Below are positions 36,801-47,969 of a DNA stretch of 64,000 nt, piece by piece. The position numbers were made by a program, and so were the translations under genes. The first letter of the stretch is position 1. Every line of letters begins with the position of its first letter. The notes under the pieces are model-generated. The model did not search any database. It was not told the DNA's origin and saw only the letters and a program-made list of their open reading frames with translations. This DNA comes from Azolla caroliniana (lineage: Eukaryota; Plantae; Polypodiophyta): positions 18,600,001 through 18,664,000 of the forward strand of contig JBHGNT010000004.1 of the NCBI GenBank assembly GCA_043228905.1. The letters run 5' to 3'.

Positions 36801-39779
36801 TTCCTCGGTTCCTTGCGCGGGGAGAGCACGGCAGAGTCTCCACCACTTGCCGTCTCTTCATCCGACCGGTCCAACCGACTCAGTCGCTCGTTCGGTCCAC
36901 TCAACCGTAACGATTCCGAACTCTCATCTTGAGTCCTGGCTTCATCATCCTCTGCCAGGGCTGATTCAAGCTCACTGGCTTGATCTTCCGACATTGGGTC
37001 GGGATCGGAAGTCGGAGTCGGTATGGAGTACCAGGATGCCGATTCATCAAACTCGACATCCCGGCTAACTCGGGCTTCCTTCGTCCGGGGGTTATAGCAC
37101 TTATACCCCTTTTGCTCTTGAGCATAGCTGACTAGGATGCATTTTTCCGATTTTGCATCCAGCTTTCTCCGCTTCTGATCCGGCACATGCACATACGCTA
37201 TGCTGTCGAATATCCGAAGGTGTCTTAAGTTCGGCTTGCGCCCGAAATACAGCTCATGAGCTGACACCTTGTCACCAATTCGGTTTTGTATGTAGACGGC
37301 CGTCTGAACCGCCTCTACCCAGTAGAACCGGGGCATGCTCTTTTCCTCCAACATTGCCCTCGCCGCTTCGACGAGTGTCCGGTTCTTCCTTTCGGCCACA
37401 CCGTTTTGCTCCGATGTGTATCTGCAGCTGAACTCTCGCCGAATTCCCTTCTGCTGCAGATAACAAGTGAATTGGCTAGAAAAATATTCCTTTCCGCCAT
37501 CCGACCGAAGGCATTTGATCTTCCTCTCCGATTCCTGTTCCACCATCTTCTGAAGGCTCCGGAAATAGTCGAAGACTTCACTCTTCTGCTCAATGAGGTA
37601 GATTCAAGTATGCCGAGTATAATCGTCGATGAAGGAGACGAAGTATCGGCTCCCGCCAAGGCTTACACTTTGTGTCGGCCCCCACACATCCGAATGGATG
37701 AGATCGAGCTTGTTACGGCTCCGGTTCCGTTTGGTGGGGAATGGAAGCCGGTGTTGCTTCCCAAGTTGGCAGGCTTCACAAATTTCGGCTCTCCGGCCGT
37801 TGAACTTCGGCAAACCGAAAACAACTTGTTTCGTTTGCAGGTCTTGAAGCCTCCGGTAGTTGACGTGGCCTATCCGCTTGTGCCACAGGTCGATGTCCGA
37901 CTCGACCTTCTGTCGTTCCGCGAACAGAGCGGTGCCAAAGTCATTGGTGTTGAGGATAAACCGCAATGACTTCGCCCTCATCCTCAATGAAGCACCCGAG
38001 GTGCGTAAACCGCACCTGCATCCCCTGGTCGACAATCTGACCGACGGACACCAGGTTCTTCGTGATTGTCGGGACGTGTAATACGTTCATCAACTTCCCT
38101 TTCTATCCAACGTGGCTTAGAGGGACTTCTCCGACATGCACGATTGGGTGAGGAGTGTCGTCTCCGGTTTCGACTACTCCTGGTCGATCCAGTTTCTCCA
38201 GAAAGGAGAACCACTCTTTGTGGCTCGTCATGTGGTTCGACGCGCCGGAATCAACATACCACACTTCCTCCGTTTTGGAAGTGGTCTTCTTCATTGAGTT
38301 TGCCTTATGATTCATCACCAAGGCTGGCCCCTTACCGGCCTTTCCGGTTCCGGATCCTCCTGATCCGTTTGCGTAGTGCAAGTTTTGTCGGCCCTCCTTA
38401 CCGGTCTTGCCGAATCCAGATTTGTCCGAATCGGCACGCTTTCTCCAGCACTCTCTTTCCCTGTGGCCTTTTTTGCCACAGTACCAGCATTCCGTAGCGG
38501 ATTTGTCTTGCCGGCCTCCGGCACCGCCTTGACTCCCCCTGCTTGTGGAAGTCCCGGAACTGCTGTTGGCACGCTCATAGTGCCTCCGTTCCTGCTCTTG
38601 CCAGCCGCCTCCATATCGTGCCGACCCACCTCTTCCACCACGCCCACGGAGCCAATCCATTCCCGTGTACAGCATTCGGTTGTCCGGGGATGTACTGGTA
38701 GATGCACCGGCGTGGTTCTCCTCTACAAGGAGCATCAACTATAAGTCGAAGAATGAGGGGGTATTCTCCCTTGTACACACCGCAGTCTGGAACGCTCCGA
38801 ATTTGGACGCCAGGCCTCCGAGACATACCTGCACCATCTCGTCTTCCTCTACGGTAACATTGATAGAGGCGAGCGAGTCGCAGATCTCCTTTATCCGGCC
38901 CGTGTAGTCTGGCACGGACATGTTCTTCTGTCGAACATTGCTCAACTCCTGTCTGAGTTGCAGCTTCCGGGCAGTGGTGCTTGCGGCGAAAACCTTTTTT
39001 AGGTTCCCCCAAGCATCCTTCGGTGTCTTGGCGTCACGGATGTGGCTGAGCAGATGATCGCCGACACTGGACGCGAAGCAGTACATCACCTGTTCCCATA
39101 CCGGGAAGTCCTTGTGTGCCGAGTCGGGTGCCGCATCATTCGCTCCTTCAACATAACTCCAGTATCCGTGTCCAAGCAGGTACTGGTGCATCTTGTAGGA
39201 CTAGGATGCGTAGTTGCTCCTGTCGAGCTTCTCCACCGGGAGCGACGTAGCCATGCCTCTATCCATGTCTTCTACCGTGTCTGTTTTCGACTTGTTAGGG
39301 TTTTCTTCTCAAGAGTAAATGTCTACAGCAGAGGTTCTCAACCCTCGCGCTCTGATACCATGTAAACGTAAGTGTTTGCGGAAGCGTAAAACAGAGAACA
39401 ACAGAGAGAGACAGAGAGAGAGACAGAGACAGAGAGAGACAAAGAGAGCAGAACACAATTTCAAAATTATATCGAGACTCTATGTGTACACACTGTGCTA
39501 AGTAGCACTATTTATACAAGTCCTCTTGGGACTGACAGAAGTACCATGTACTTCAATGCTCACACGAGCATCTGACACTTACTACGAGACTATAGCTACC
39601 TAGTAGTCTATCCTATACTAGGCTTCCGATTGGACTGCCGGTTACGGATTGCACCCGGCTTCTACTGCTTACCGGTTCGGTTGCTCACCGTCATACCGAT
39701 CTGTTTCGCCCGATCCGTCTCGCTTACTGGCTCCGGCTTATTCAGCCGATCCGGCTCCAGTTGAGCTTGCCGCTCAACA
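33852..39779 (-). mobile_element. Element D: full-length copia, same broad family as A
   Basis: LTRs 33852..34264 and 39361..39779, TSD CATAC, PBS TGGTATCAGAGC at 39360..39349, PPT TTGAGGGGGAG. Confidence 0.95.
34259..39266 (-). pseudogene. copia D polyprotein (gag-PR-IN-RT-RH plus C-terminal extension), several premature stops
   Basis: CWYCGKKGHRERE C knuckle, WYVDSGAS, HSDVWGP, QNGVAER, YVDD, TDADWAG; consecutive ORFs separated mostly by single stop codons. Confidence 0.92.
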
Positions 39780-39849
39780 CATACATTCTCTGAGGGTGTG
39801 GTGCTTGTTTAACCGTGTGTCCCCATTGAGTGTGTTTTGTGCCTCATCA

Positions 39850-39998
39850 TGAACATTCCGCTACGATCTTCGTAGTCGGAGTTCGATGCATAATTCATGA
39901 ACATTCCGCTATGATAATCATAGTCGGAATTCGATGCATAATTCGTGAACATTCCGCTCCGATTGTCGTAGTCGGAATTTGATGCGTAGTTCGTGAAC
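39850..39998 (-). repeat. 3 x 48-bp in-frame tandem repeat in copia A gag-PR linker
   Basis: (T/M)NYASNSDYxxxSGMF repeated three times. Confidence 0.88.
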
Positions 39999-41160
39999 TG
40001 CCAACTAGTTGAAGCTGACTCTCCTTCTTCTTTCAGCACTCCTCTTTGTAGTGACCGAGTTTTCCGCAGTATCCGCATTTGATTGGGTCATTACGATTGC
40101 TTGGTCTAGCGTGATGACTCACTCTTCTGCCGAACTCTCTAGGATTGTTCCTGTCCGCTTGCCATTGGTGGGAGTTACGCTCTTGGGTCTACTGACCATG
40201 ACGGCCTTGTCCAAATCGACCTCTATTTCCACGGCCGAAATTTCTTCCATCATCTGAATGGGAGTAGAGCATCTGACCCTCTGGTGCATTGCTCCTTTGT
40301 TGGGCATGATTTTCCTCAACCAGCAATATTGACTAGAGAACAAAAAAGGTGGGAGGATTCTCTCTTGTGAGGACCGCGGACCTTATTGCGTTGAATCGAG
40401 GTGCCAAGACTACGAGGCATATGTGCACCATTTCTTCGTCGTTAATGCCGACATTGATTGTTACGGGCATGACCATTTAATATCCCGTGGTGAGAATTTA
40501 CCGTAGTATTCTATACACGTGGATAAGTGTGAGGGTTAAACGAGAGTGTAAAGAAGGGGAGGATTACTTTTAATCCTCGAGATTGAGACAACCCATTAGG
40601 TCAAGTGTGAACTTGCCTGGGGGCCTTGGGTATCGCTATAAATAAGAGGCCTAGATCCCCTCATTTGATCATCTTTTGACTACATCGAGACTCTGCTCTT
40701 GTGGTGGGTCAACTCTTGTAGCGAGCGCGCCAGCACCAGGTACGACTTGATGCCACGGCGGTGGTATGGGACGCCGATCGAGGCTCAAGTCCGTCTCGAT
40801 CCCTTCGCTCGGGGGTGGTCGGGTGGATCGGCACCCTTCTTTCTCTTTCTCCTTTCTATCTATCATTACTTTATCCTTATCTTAAGCTTACTTTAGTACC
40901 TAGATCTCTATTATTTGGTATCAAATTTATGTACTAATGTTTCTTTGTTTTTCATTTGTCTTTTGATTGATGTTGATCGATCGTTGTGCGGTCGGCCTTG
41001 ATCCAGACAAAGATCAACAAGGAACTTCGGTAACTCTTTCCATAATTTTTTTTCTATTCTCTCTTCTCCCATCTAATCATGTGTTTAGTTTATATGTCAT
41101 TTTTTTTCATTAATTCAATGATGTTGTAGTGGTCTTTAATTGATTATCTAAAACGTTTAC

Positions 41161-41428
41161 ATATGTGCACGAGGTCAATACCTCGTTTGACATATTAATA
41201 ATATGTGATGAGTGTCGTATGCGTACGAGGTTAATACCTCAATTACGTATTACGTTCACGACCATATGTTACGTTTGCGTATGAGTTTAATACCTTGATT
41301 TGTTGTAAACGATATGCGGTTGGTCTCGTATGCGTAAGAGGTCAATACCTCAATTGCGTATTACGATAATCTCTTATTTGTGGATGTTTCGTGGGCGTAG
41401 AGGTATATACCTCGATTACGTATCTCGA
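41161..41428 (+). repeat. Array of five palindromic GAGGT-N4-ACCTC units in the 5' leader of E
   Basis: Cores at 41171, 41227, 41283 (degenerate), 41338 and 41400; period 55-62 nt. Confidence 0.8.
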
Positions 41429-41734
41429 TCACATCATATGTGGCTATTTAATATAACGATATGTTAATATAGGCATATGTGGTCACGTATATACGTATTT
41501 GATCGTATATATGTGATAAGTAAACATATGTGTATATTCGTTATTACGTGATTATATCGAAAGTTGTCCTTGTCGGGAAAAGGATGTTGGTGGCCGTCCT
41601 CACATTTTTGTGAGAATGGCGTTGTCACCATCCCTTTTTCAACAATTTTTTATTGTTGACAACCCCGTTGATGACCTCGATTTCGTTACATAAAGAAACG
41701 CCTATAGCCATAATGATGTTGAGTACGTAGGGCT

Positions 41735-44700
41735 TGTTGGGATTTCGGTCCCTCCGGATGGGATGTCCGGAGATGAATGACGGCAAGCCCGGTTCCGGTT
41801 ACGGAGCCGGATGACGAATGTACCCGGAGAGAGATCCGGATGCGGGGACATATTTGTGAATATGTTTGCCAAGAGCCCTTGAGGCTATATTTGTAAATAG
41901 CCCGAAAGTCATATGTGTATAAATATGACTTAGGGCAAACAGTTTTTTGATCTGCTGCTTATTTTTCTGTTTTTCCACTCAAGGGGAGTGAAGTGAGAGC
42001 AGCCGCGGGAGAGAGAGAGAGATAGAGCGCGAGAGACGAAGAGGTAGACGCCTCTGTGTATTTCCGCCGCCTGTGGCGAGGACAGCGAGCTCAAGGTCGT
42101 CGCCTTGCAGCTCGCCATTGTATACTTCTCTGTATAGTGTTTGGTTTGGAGTCTTGTACTCCCGTGGTTTTTCCCGTCTAGGGTTTTCCACGTTAATCCC
42201 TGTGTACTCGCGTTTTATTTTGTTTCTCCGTGTGGTTCCTATTTTCTGCTCCATTGATCCGCGATTAATCGGTTGTGGCCGGCCGAAGAAGGTGAATCCA
42301 AGCGTTGATTCCCGTCAAACTGGTATCAGAGCGACTGTTGCAGAAAATGGAAGGCGGCGGCAGCGGGCAGCCGATGATGATGGTGCTAAATGCACAGAAT
42401 TACGCCGACTGGAAGATCAAGATGGAGGACCTTCTGATTGTTCGGGACCTGTACGAACCGATTGACAGGTCGGAAATACCGAAAGGGGTACTTGAGTCGG
42501 AGTGGAAGCTCCTGAACCGGAAAGCCGTAGCGACGATCCGACAATACGTCGACGTGAGCGTCCTACAACATGTGGCAAACGACACCAACGCATATGAGAT
42601 GTGGAAGAAGCTGTCGGGCCTCTACGAGAGGAAGAATGCGTTGAACCGGACCTCCCTGATGAGGAAGATAGTGAATCTCAAGTACCGGGACGGCGAGAGT
42701 ATGGTGGAACACGTAAGCACGTTCATGGGATTCATGAATCAGCTTGCGGCGATCAAGTTCCCGTTGGAGGATGCAATGCAAGCCATCATCCTGATGTGTA
42801 CATTGCCGGAAAGCTGGGAGAACTTGGTGGTGACTCTCAGCACCTCGTGCACCGAAGATAACTTGTCCTTACAAACGGTAAAGACAAGTATTCTGAATGA
42901 AGAAGCGCGTCGGAGAGATAAGGAACCGGCCTCCGACCCGAAGATGCTGTTTACCGAATCGGATCGGGGAAGACAATGGAACCGGAGTCCGCAAAGACGG
43001 GAGAAGTCGGGAACCCGGTCGCAGTCAAGAGGAAGGCCCACATGCTTCCACTGTGGGAAGCCGGGGCACTTCCGAAAGAATTGTCGGCATTACCGAAAAG
43101 ACAATGGAACCGACAACACCGATTCGAAGAAGTCACCGGAGAGAAACGGTGCATACCGGGGAGCCACGAACCGGAATGGTTCGGATCGGCGAGGACAGGA
43201 CCGGAAAGGAACGACGGCACTCGCGGCAAGTGAAGAGGAGATCATGCTCATCACCGAAGAAGGTGAACTAAACATTGCCGGCGATGAGACGACCTGGGTG
43301 GTCGATTCCGGAGCATCGTTCCACCTGACCCCGGAGAGAAGATACTTCTCATCCTACACAGCCGGTGAGCATGGCTGTGTTCGGATGGGAAATGAAGGTA
43401 CGTGCCGGATTGCCGGCATCGGAGACGTGTGGTTGACAACCCCGACTGGATGCAAAATGCTGCTGAAGGATGTCCGACACGTTCCGGAGGTTCGATTGAA
43501 CCTGATTTCGGCCGGGAGGCTAGATGATGAAGGCTACACAGGTAGCATCCGGAACGGCGTAATGAAGTTCAGCAAGGGGAGCCTGATAGTGGCTCGGGCC
43601 CGGAAAATCAACACACTGTACCTGATGAATGCCCGGTTATGTCCGGAAGAGCTGAATGTGGCAGCCGACACTGCCGGTGAGCTGTGGCACAAGAGACTGT
43701 GCCACATGAGCGAGAAGGGGATGAAGAGGCTTGCAGAAGACAACCTTATTCCAGTGAAGCATGTGCACCTGGAGAAGTGCACCGATTGCCTGGCCGGTAA
43801 GCAGAACCGAACCTCCTTCCACTCAAGGCCACCGACGAGACGTAGCGCACCATTGGAGTTGGTGCACACCGACGTGTGTCAGGTAGAAACGAAGTCACAT
43901 GGCGGAGCGCAGTACTTCGTAACTTTCATAGATGATCACAGCCGAAGACTGTGGACGGCACCGTTGAAGACAAAGGACCAAGTGTTGTGCGTCTTCAAAG
44001 AACTCCACGCGAGAGTGGAAAGGGAATCCGGCAAGAAGCTGAAAGCGATACGAGCGGATAACGGAGGGGAATACCGGGGGCAGTTCCAGGAGTACTGTCA
44101 CTCGAAGGGAATCCGGCTCGAGTTTACTGTGCCGAAGACGCCGGAACTGAACGGGCTGGCCGAGAGGATGAACCGGACCATAATGGAGAGGGTCCGGAGT
44201 ATGCTGGCGCATGCGAAATTACCCAAGGGATTTTGGGCTGAGGCAATGTCGACGGCGACATATGTGATAAATAGATCACCCTCAGTACCTTTGGACGGAG
44301 ACACGCCGCAGAGAGTGTGGACCGGTAAGGAAGTATCCTACCGGCATCTGAAGGTGTTCGGGTGTCTTGCATACGTGCATGTGGCAAAGGACCGGAGAGG
44401 AAAGCTAGATCCAAAGACCCGGCCATGCATATTCCTCGGTTACGGCGACGACGAGTTCGGCTACCGAGTATGGGACCCGGTTGACAAGAAGATATTCAGG
44501 AGTCGAGACATCATCTTCATGGAGGACAAGACACTCACCGACTGGGAGCCGGAGAAGAAGGTAAAGAGCTCCAAGTCGACCGGTGAGGATCAACTCTACA
44601 AGGAGCAGTCCCGACCGGCAAGGGACCGGTTAGCACTCGAGGATCCGGCCGAAGACGGTGAAGAAACAGAACCGGCCGAAGAAGATGAAAATGATACTGG

Positions 44701-47097
44701 AACCGGCCCCGATCCCGAAATGGATTCGGATGAAGAAGAATCGGAAGAACCGGTTACCGAAGCTCCGGAACGGAGATATCCTCTAAGAGAGAGAAGGGCC
44801 CCCCGGAGATTTCCGGAACCAGAGCACGTGTTGCTAACCGACGAGGGGGAGCCGGAGAGCTTTGAAGAAGCAAAGCATGACACCCAGAGCCGCAGGTGGT
44901 TGAGTGCCATGCAAGACGAGATGGATTCCCTGCATGAGAACCACACATTTGAACTTGTGGAGTTGCCGAAAGGAAAGCGGGCACTTCGAAACAAGTGGGT
45001 GTTCAAGCTGAAACCGGGAGATGCCGGAAACCCCCCGAGATACAAAGCCAGGATCGTGGTGAAGGGGTTTCAGCAAAAGAAGGGCGTCGACTTCGACGAG
45101 ATATTTGCCCCGGTAGTGAAGATGACCTCCATCCGGACGGTGCTGAGCATAGCGGCAAGCATGGACCTCGAGGTAGAACAGATGGACGTGAAGACAGCAT
45201 TCCTTCACGGTGACCTCGAAGAAGAGATCTACATGCAGCAACCGGAAGGATTCGAGAAGGAAGGGAAGGAGCACCTGGTATGCCGGTTGAAGAAGAGCCT
45301 TTACGGACTGAAGCAGGCTCCCCGGCAATGGTACCGGAAGTTCGACTCCTTCATGACCGACGAAGGGTACCACAAAACGCAGTCCGATCACTGCGTGTTT
45401 GTGAAGAAATTCGAAGGAGGAGACTCTCTAATACTCCTCCTGTACGTGGACGACATGTTGATCGTCGGACGGGACCAGGTCAAGATACGGATGCTGAAGA
45501 AGGCTCTTCACCGAACCTTCTCAATGAAGGACTTGGGTCCGGCGAGACAGATACTAGGGATGCACATCATCCGGGACCGGAAGAAGAAGCAGTTGTGGCT
45601 GTCACAGGAGAAGTACGTGACAAAGGTGCTTCACCGGTTCAACATGTCGGAAGCAAGACCGGTTGGGTCAACCCTCCCGGCAAACTGCAAGCTGTCCAGC
45701 AAGCAAAGCCCCAAGACAAAGGCTGAGAAGGAGGACATGATGAAAGTACCATATGCCTCTGCTGTCGGAAGCTTGATGTACGCAATGGTGTGTACAAGAC
45801 CGGACATAGGATATGCAGTCGGAGTGGTGAGCCGGTACATGAGCAATCCCGGCAAGGAGCACTGGAACGCGGTCAAGTGGATACTCCGATACCTGAAGGG
45901 CACGGCAAACGTGTGCCTCCGATTCGGCTCCGGTAAGCCCGAATTCGACGGCTTTACCGATTCGGATATGTCGGCTGATGCAGATACCAGCCGGTCCACA
46001 TCAGGGTATGTGATGACGTATGCAGGGGGAGCTGTTTCGTGGCAGTCGAGGCTTCAGAAGACGGTTGCGTTGTCAACCACGGAGGTGGAGTACATGGCGG
46101 CTGTTGAAGCCGGCAAGGAAATGATATGGATGAAGGACTTCATTAGAGAGCTCGGTATCCGGCAGGAGGAGTACCGACTCTACTGCGATAGTCAGAGTGC
46201 CATCCACCTTGCGAAGAACGCGGCCTATCACTCCCGGACGAAGCACATCCAGCGAAGATATCACTGGATCCGGGAAAGGATAGAAGACCAGGAGTTCGTG
46301 CTGACGAAGATCCACACGGACGAGAACGGCTCAGATATGCTGACCAAAGTGCTCACACCCGACAAGCTGGAAGCATGCCGGAAGAGGATCGGATTGGAGA
46401 GACATCCCATGCCGAAGTGAAGGGGGAGTTTGTTGGGATTTCGGTCCCTCCGGATGGGATGTCCGGAGATGAATGACGGCAAGCCCGGTTCCGGTTACGG
46501 AGCCGGATGACGAAGACCCCGGCTACGGAGCCGGATGATGAAGACCCCGGTTACGGAGCCGGATGATGAAGACCCCGGTTACGGAGCCGGATGACGAATG
46601 TACCCGGAGAGAGATCCGGATGCGGGGACATATTTGTGAATATGTTTGCCAAGAGCCCTTGAGGCTATATTTGTAAATAGCCCGAAAGTCATATGTGTAT
46701 AAATATGACTTAGGGCAAACAGTTTTTTGATCTGCTGCTTATTTTTCTGTTTTTCCACTCAAGGGGAGTGAAGTGAGAGCAGCCGCGGGAGAGAGAGAGA
46801 GATAGAGCGCGAGAGACGAAGAGGTAGACGCCTCTGTGTATTTCCGCCGCCTGTGGCGAGGACAGCGAGCTCAAGGTCGTCGCCTTGCAGCTCGCCATTG
46901 TATACTTCTCTGTATAGTGTTTGGTTTGGAGTCTTGTACTCCCGTGGTTTTTCCCGTCTAGGGTTTTCCACGTTAATCCCTGTGTACTCGCGTTTTATTT
47001 TGTTTCTCCGTGTGGTTCCTATTTTCTGCTCCATTGATCCGCGATTAATCGGTTGTGGCCGGCCGAAGAAGGTGAATCCAAGCGTTGATTCCCATCA
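41735..47097 (+). mobile_element. Element F: intact young copia (Tnt1/Tork-like)
   Basis: LTRs 41735..42317 and 46431..47097, TSD GGGCT, PBS TGGTATCAGAGC at 42321, PPT GAAGGGGGAG. Confidence 0.97.
42347..46420 (+). CDS. copia F Gag-Pol polyprotein, 1357 aa, uninterrupted
   Basis: CFHCGKPGHFRKNC, WVVDSGAS, HTDVC, NGLAER, YVDD, TDSD...STSG; ATG 15 nt after the PBS. Confidence 0.96.
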   Translation: MEGGGSGQPMMMVLNAQNYADWKIKMEDLLIVRDLYEPIDRSEIPKGVLESEWKLLNRKAVATIRQYVDVSVLQHVANDTNAYEMWKKLSGLYERKNALNRTSLMRKIVNLKYRDGESMVEHVSTFMGFMNQLAAIKFPLEDAMQAIILMCTLPESWENLVVTLSTSCTEDNLSLQTVKTSILNEEARRRDKEPASDPKMLFTESDRGRQWNRSPQRREKSGTRSQSRGRPTCFHCGKPGHFRKNCRHYRKDNGTDNTDSKKSPERNGAYRGATNRNGSDRRGQDRKGTTALAASEEEIMLITEEGELNIAGDETTWVVDSGASFHLTPERRYFSSYTAGEHGCVRMGNEGTCRIAGIGDVWLTTPTGCKMLLKDVRHVPEVRLNLISAGRLDDEGYTGSIRNGVMKFSKGSLIVARARKINTLYLMNARLCPEELNVAADTAGELWHKRLCHMSEKGMKRLAEDNLIPVKHVHLEKCTDCLAGKQNRTSFHSRPPTRRSAPLELVHTDVCQVETKSHGGAQYFVTFIDDHSRRLWTAPLKTKDQVLCVFKELHARVERESGKKLKAIRADNGGEYRGQFQEYCHSKGIRLEFTVPKTPELNGLAERMNRTIMERVRSMLAHAKLPKGFWAEAMSTATYVINRSPSVPLDGDTPQRVWTGKEVSYRHLKVFGCLAYVHVAKDRRGKLDPKTRPCIFLGYGDDEFGYRVWDPVDKKIFRSRDIIFMEDKTLTDWEPEKKVKSSKSTGEDQLYKEQSRPARDRLALEDPAEDGEETEPAEEDENDTGTGPDPEMDSDEEESEEPVTEAPERRYPLRERRAPRRFPEPEHVLLTDEGEPESFEEAKHDTQSRRWLSAMQDEMDSLHENHTFELVELPKGKRALRNKWVFKLKPGDAGNPPRYKARIVVKGFQQKKGVDFDEIFAPVVKMTSIRTVLSIAASMDLEVEQMDVKTAFLHGDLEEEIYMQQPEGFEKEGKEHLVCRLKKSLYGLKQAPRQWYRKFDSFMTDEGYHKTQSDHCVFVKKFEGGDSLILLLYVDDMLIVGRDQVKIRMLKKALHRTFSMKDLGPARQILGMHIIRDRKKKQLWLSQEKYVTKVLHRFNMSEARPVGSTLPANCKLSSKQSPKTKAEKEDMMKVPYASAVGSLMYAMVCTRPDIGYAVGVVSRYMSNPGKEHWNAVKWILRYLKGTANVCLRFGSGKPEFDGFTDSDMSADADTSRSTSGYVMTYAGGAVSWQSRLQKTVALSTTEVEYMAAVEAGKEMIWMKDFIRELGIRQEEYRLYCDSQSAIHLAKNAAYHSRTKHIQRRYHWIRERIEDQEFVLTKIHTDENGSDMLTKVLTPDKLEACRKRIGLERHPMPK

Positions 47098-47969
47098 GGG
47101 CTTGACCCACTTCAAGTGAGGTCGCTCCAATGACACACGTATCCAACATCCCTCCCTCGTTACATGGATACGATGCCACCATGAGCTCGTTCTTACGAGA
47201 GGCATTCGTAATGACGTGACCATGTGATGGGCCACGTGGGCCTACTACGAAACGAAGGCTCATTTGGCTTGACCATTAGGTTGCAATTTGGCGTATGCCA
47301 TCGTAACTACGAGACTTGAGGTTAGGTAACGTACCAACATAGTTTTGGTAAATGAGGGCGAAATAAGGACCCTTGAAATATATGTTCTTTTAAAAAAAAC
47401 ATATATGATCAATTGCCTCGCATATCTCTTATACGCATCAAACATTAAGCATTTGAGAAGAGCAACTTACTTGGTTGGCTCAAGTGTTTAATGTATTTGT
47501 TCTCGAGGTCTCGAGTTCAAATATGACCAAGACCATACAACATCCTTGATACATATGACTATAACACATGTTTAGACTTAAGGTCTAAGTGCACCTCGGG
47601 GTCCTCGTAATAGGACTTAAAGAGCCGAAACCACATATGTGAGCACCGAAACATAGTCTATTGTTAACATTATTTTCGTGTATAAACTATTCATGATGCG
47701 AACATACATGGTTGAGCCTCGGGGAGCCGCCATGAAAAAATCGATATAGAGATCAGGGAAAGACATTAAATTGTCACCCCCATGGTTTTTAAAACACCTT
47801 TGTGTTACCATAGTCACCTGATCTTGAACCTCATCTCATATGTCTAGAGGGGTATTGACGTGAGATCATGATATCGATTAATGTTTGCCCATGATATGTT
47901 TACATCACGACATGATGTTATGACTATCTCTCTGACCTTATCCTATTTCTTTTCCAGAAATAATCTTTA

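Noticed and set aside
41161-41428. CRISPR array (palindromic repeats with variable spacers)
   Set aside because: Repeats are degenerate, spacers short and partly related, no cas genes, and the context is a eukaryotic retroelement leader.
42400-46482. Many antisense and alternate-frame ORFs over F, D, B and the GulLO exons
   Set aside because: Shadow ORFs of GC-rich coding sequence with no recognisable motifs.
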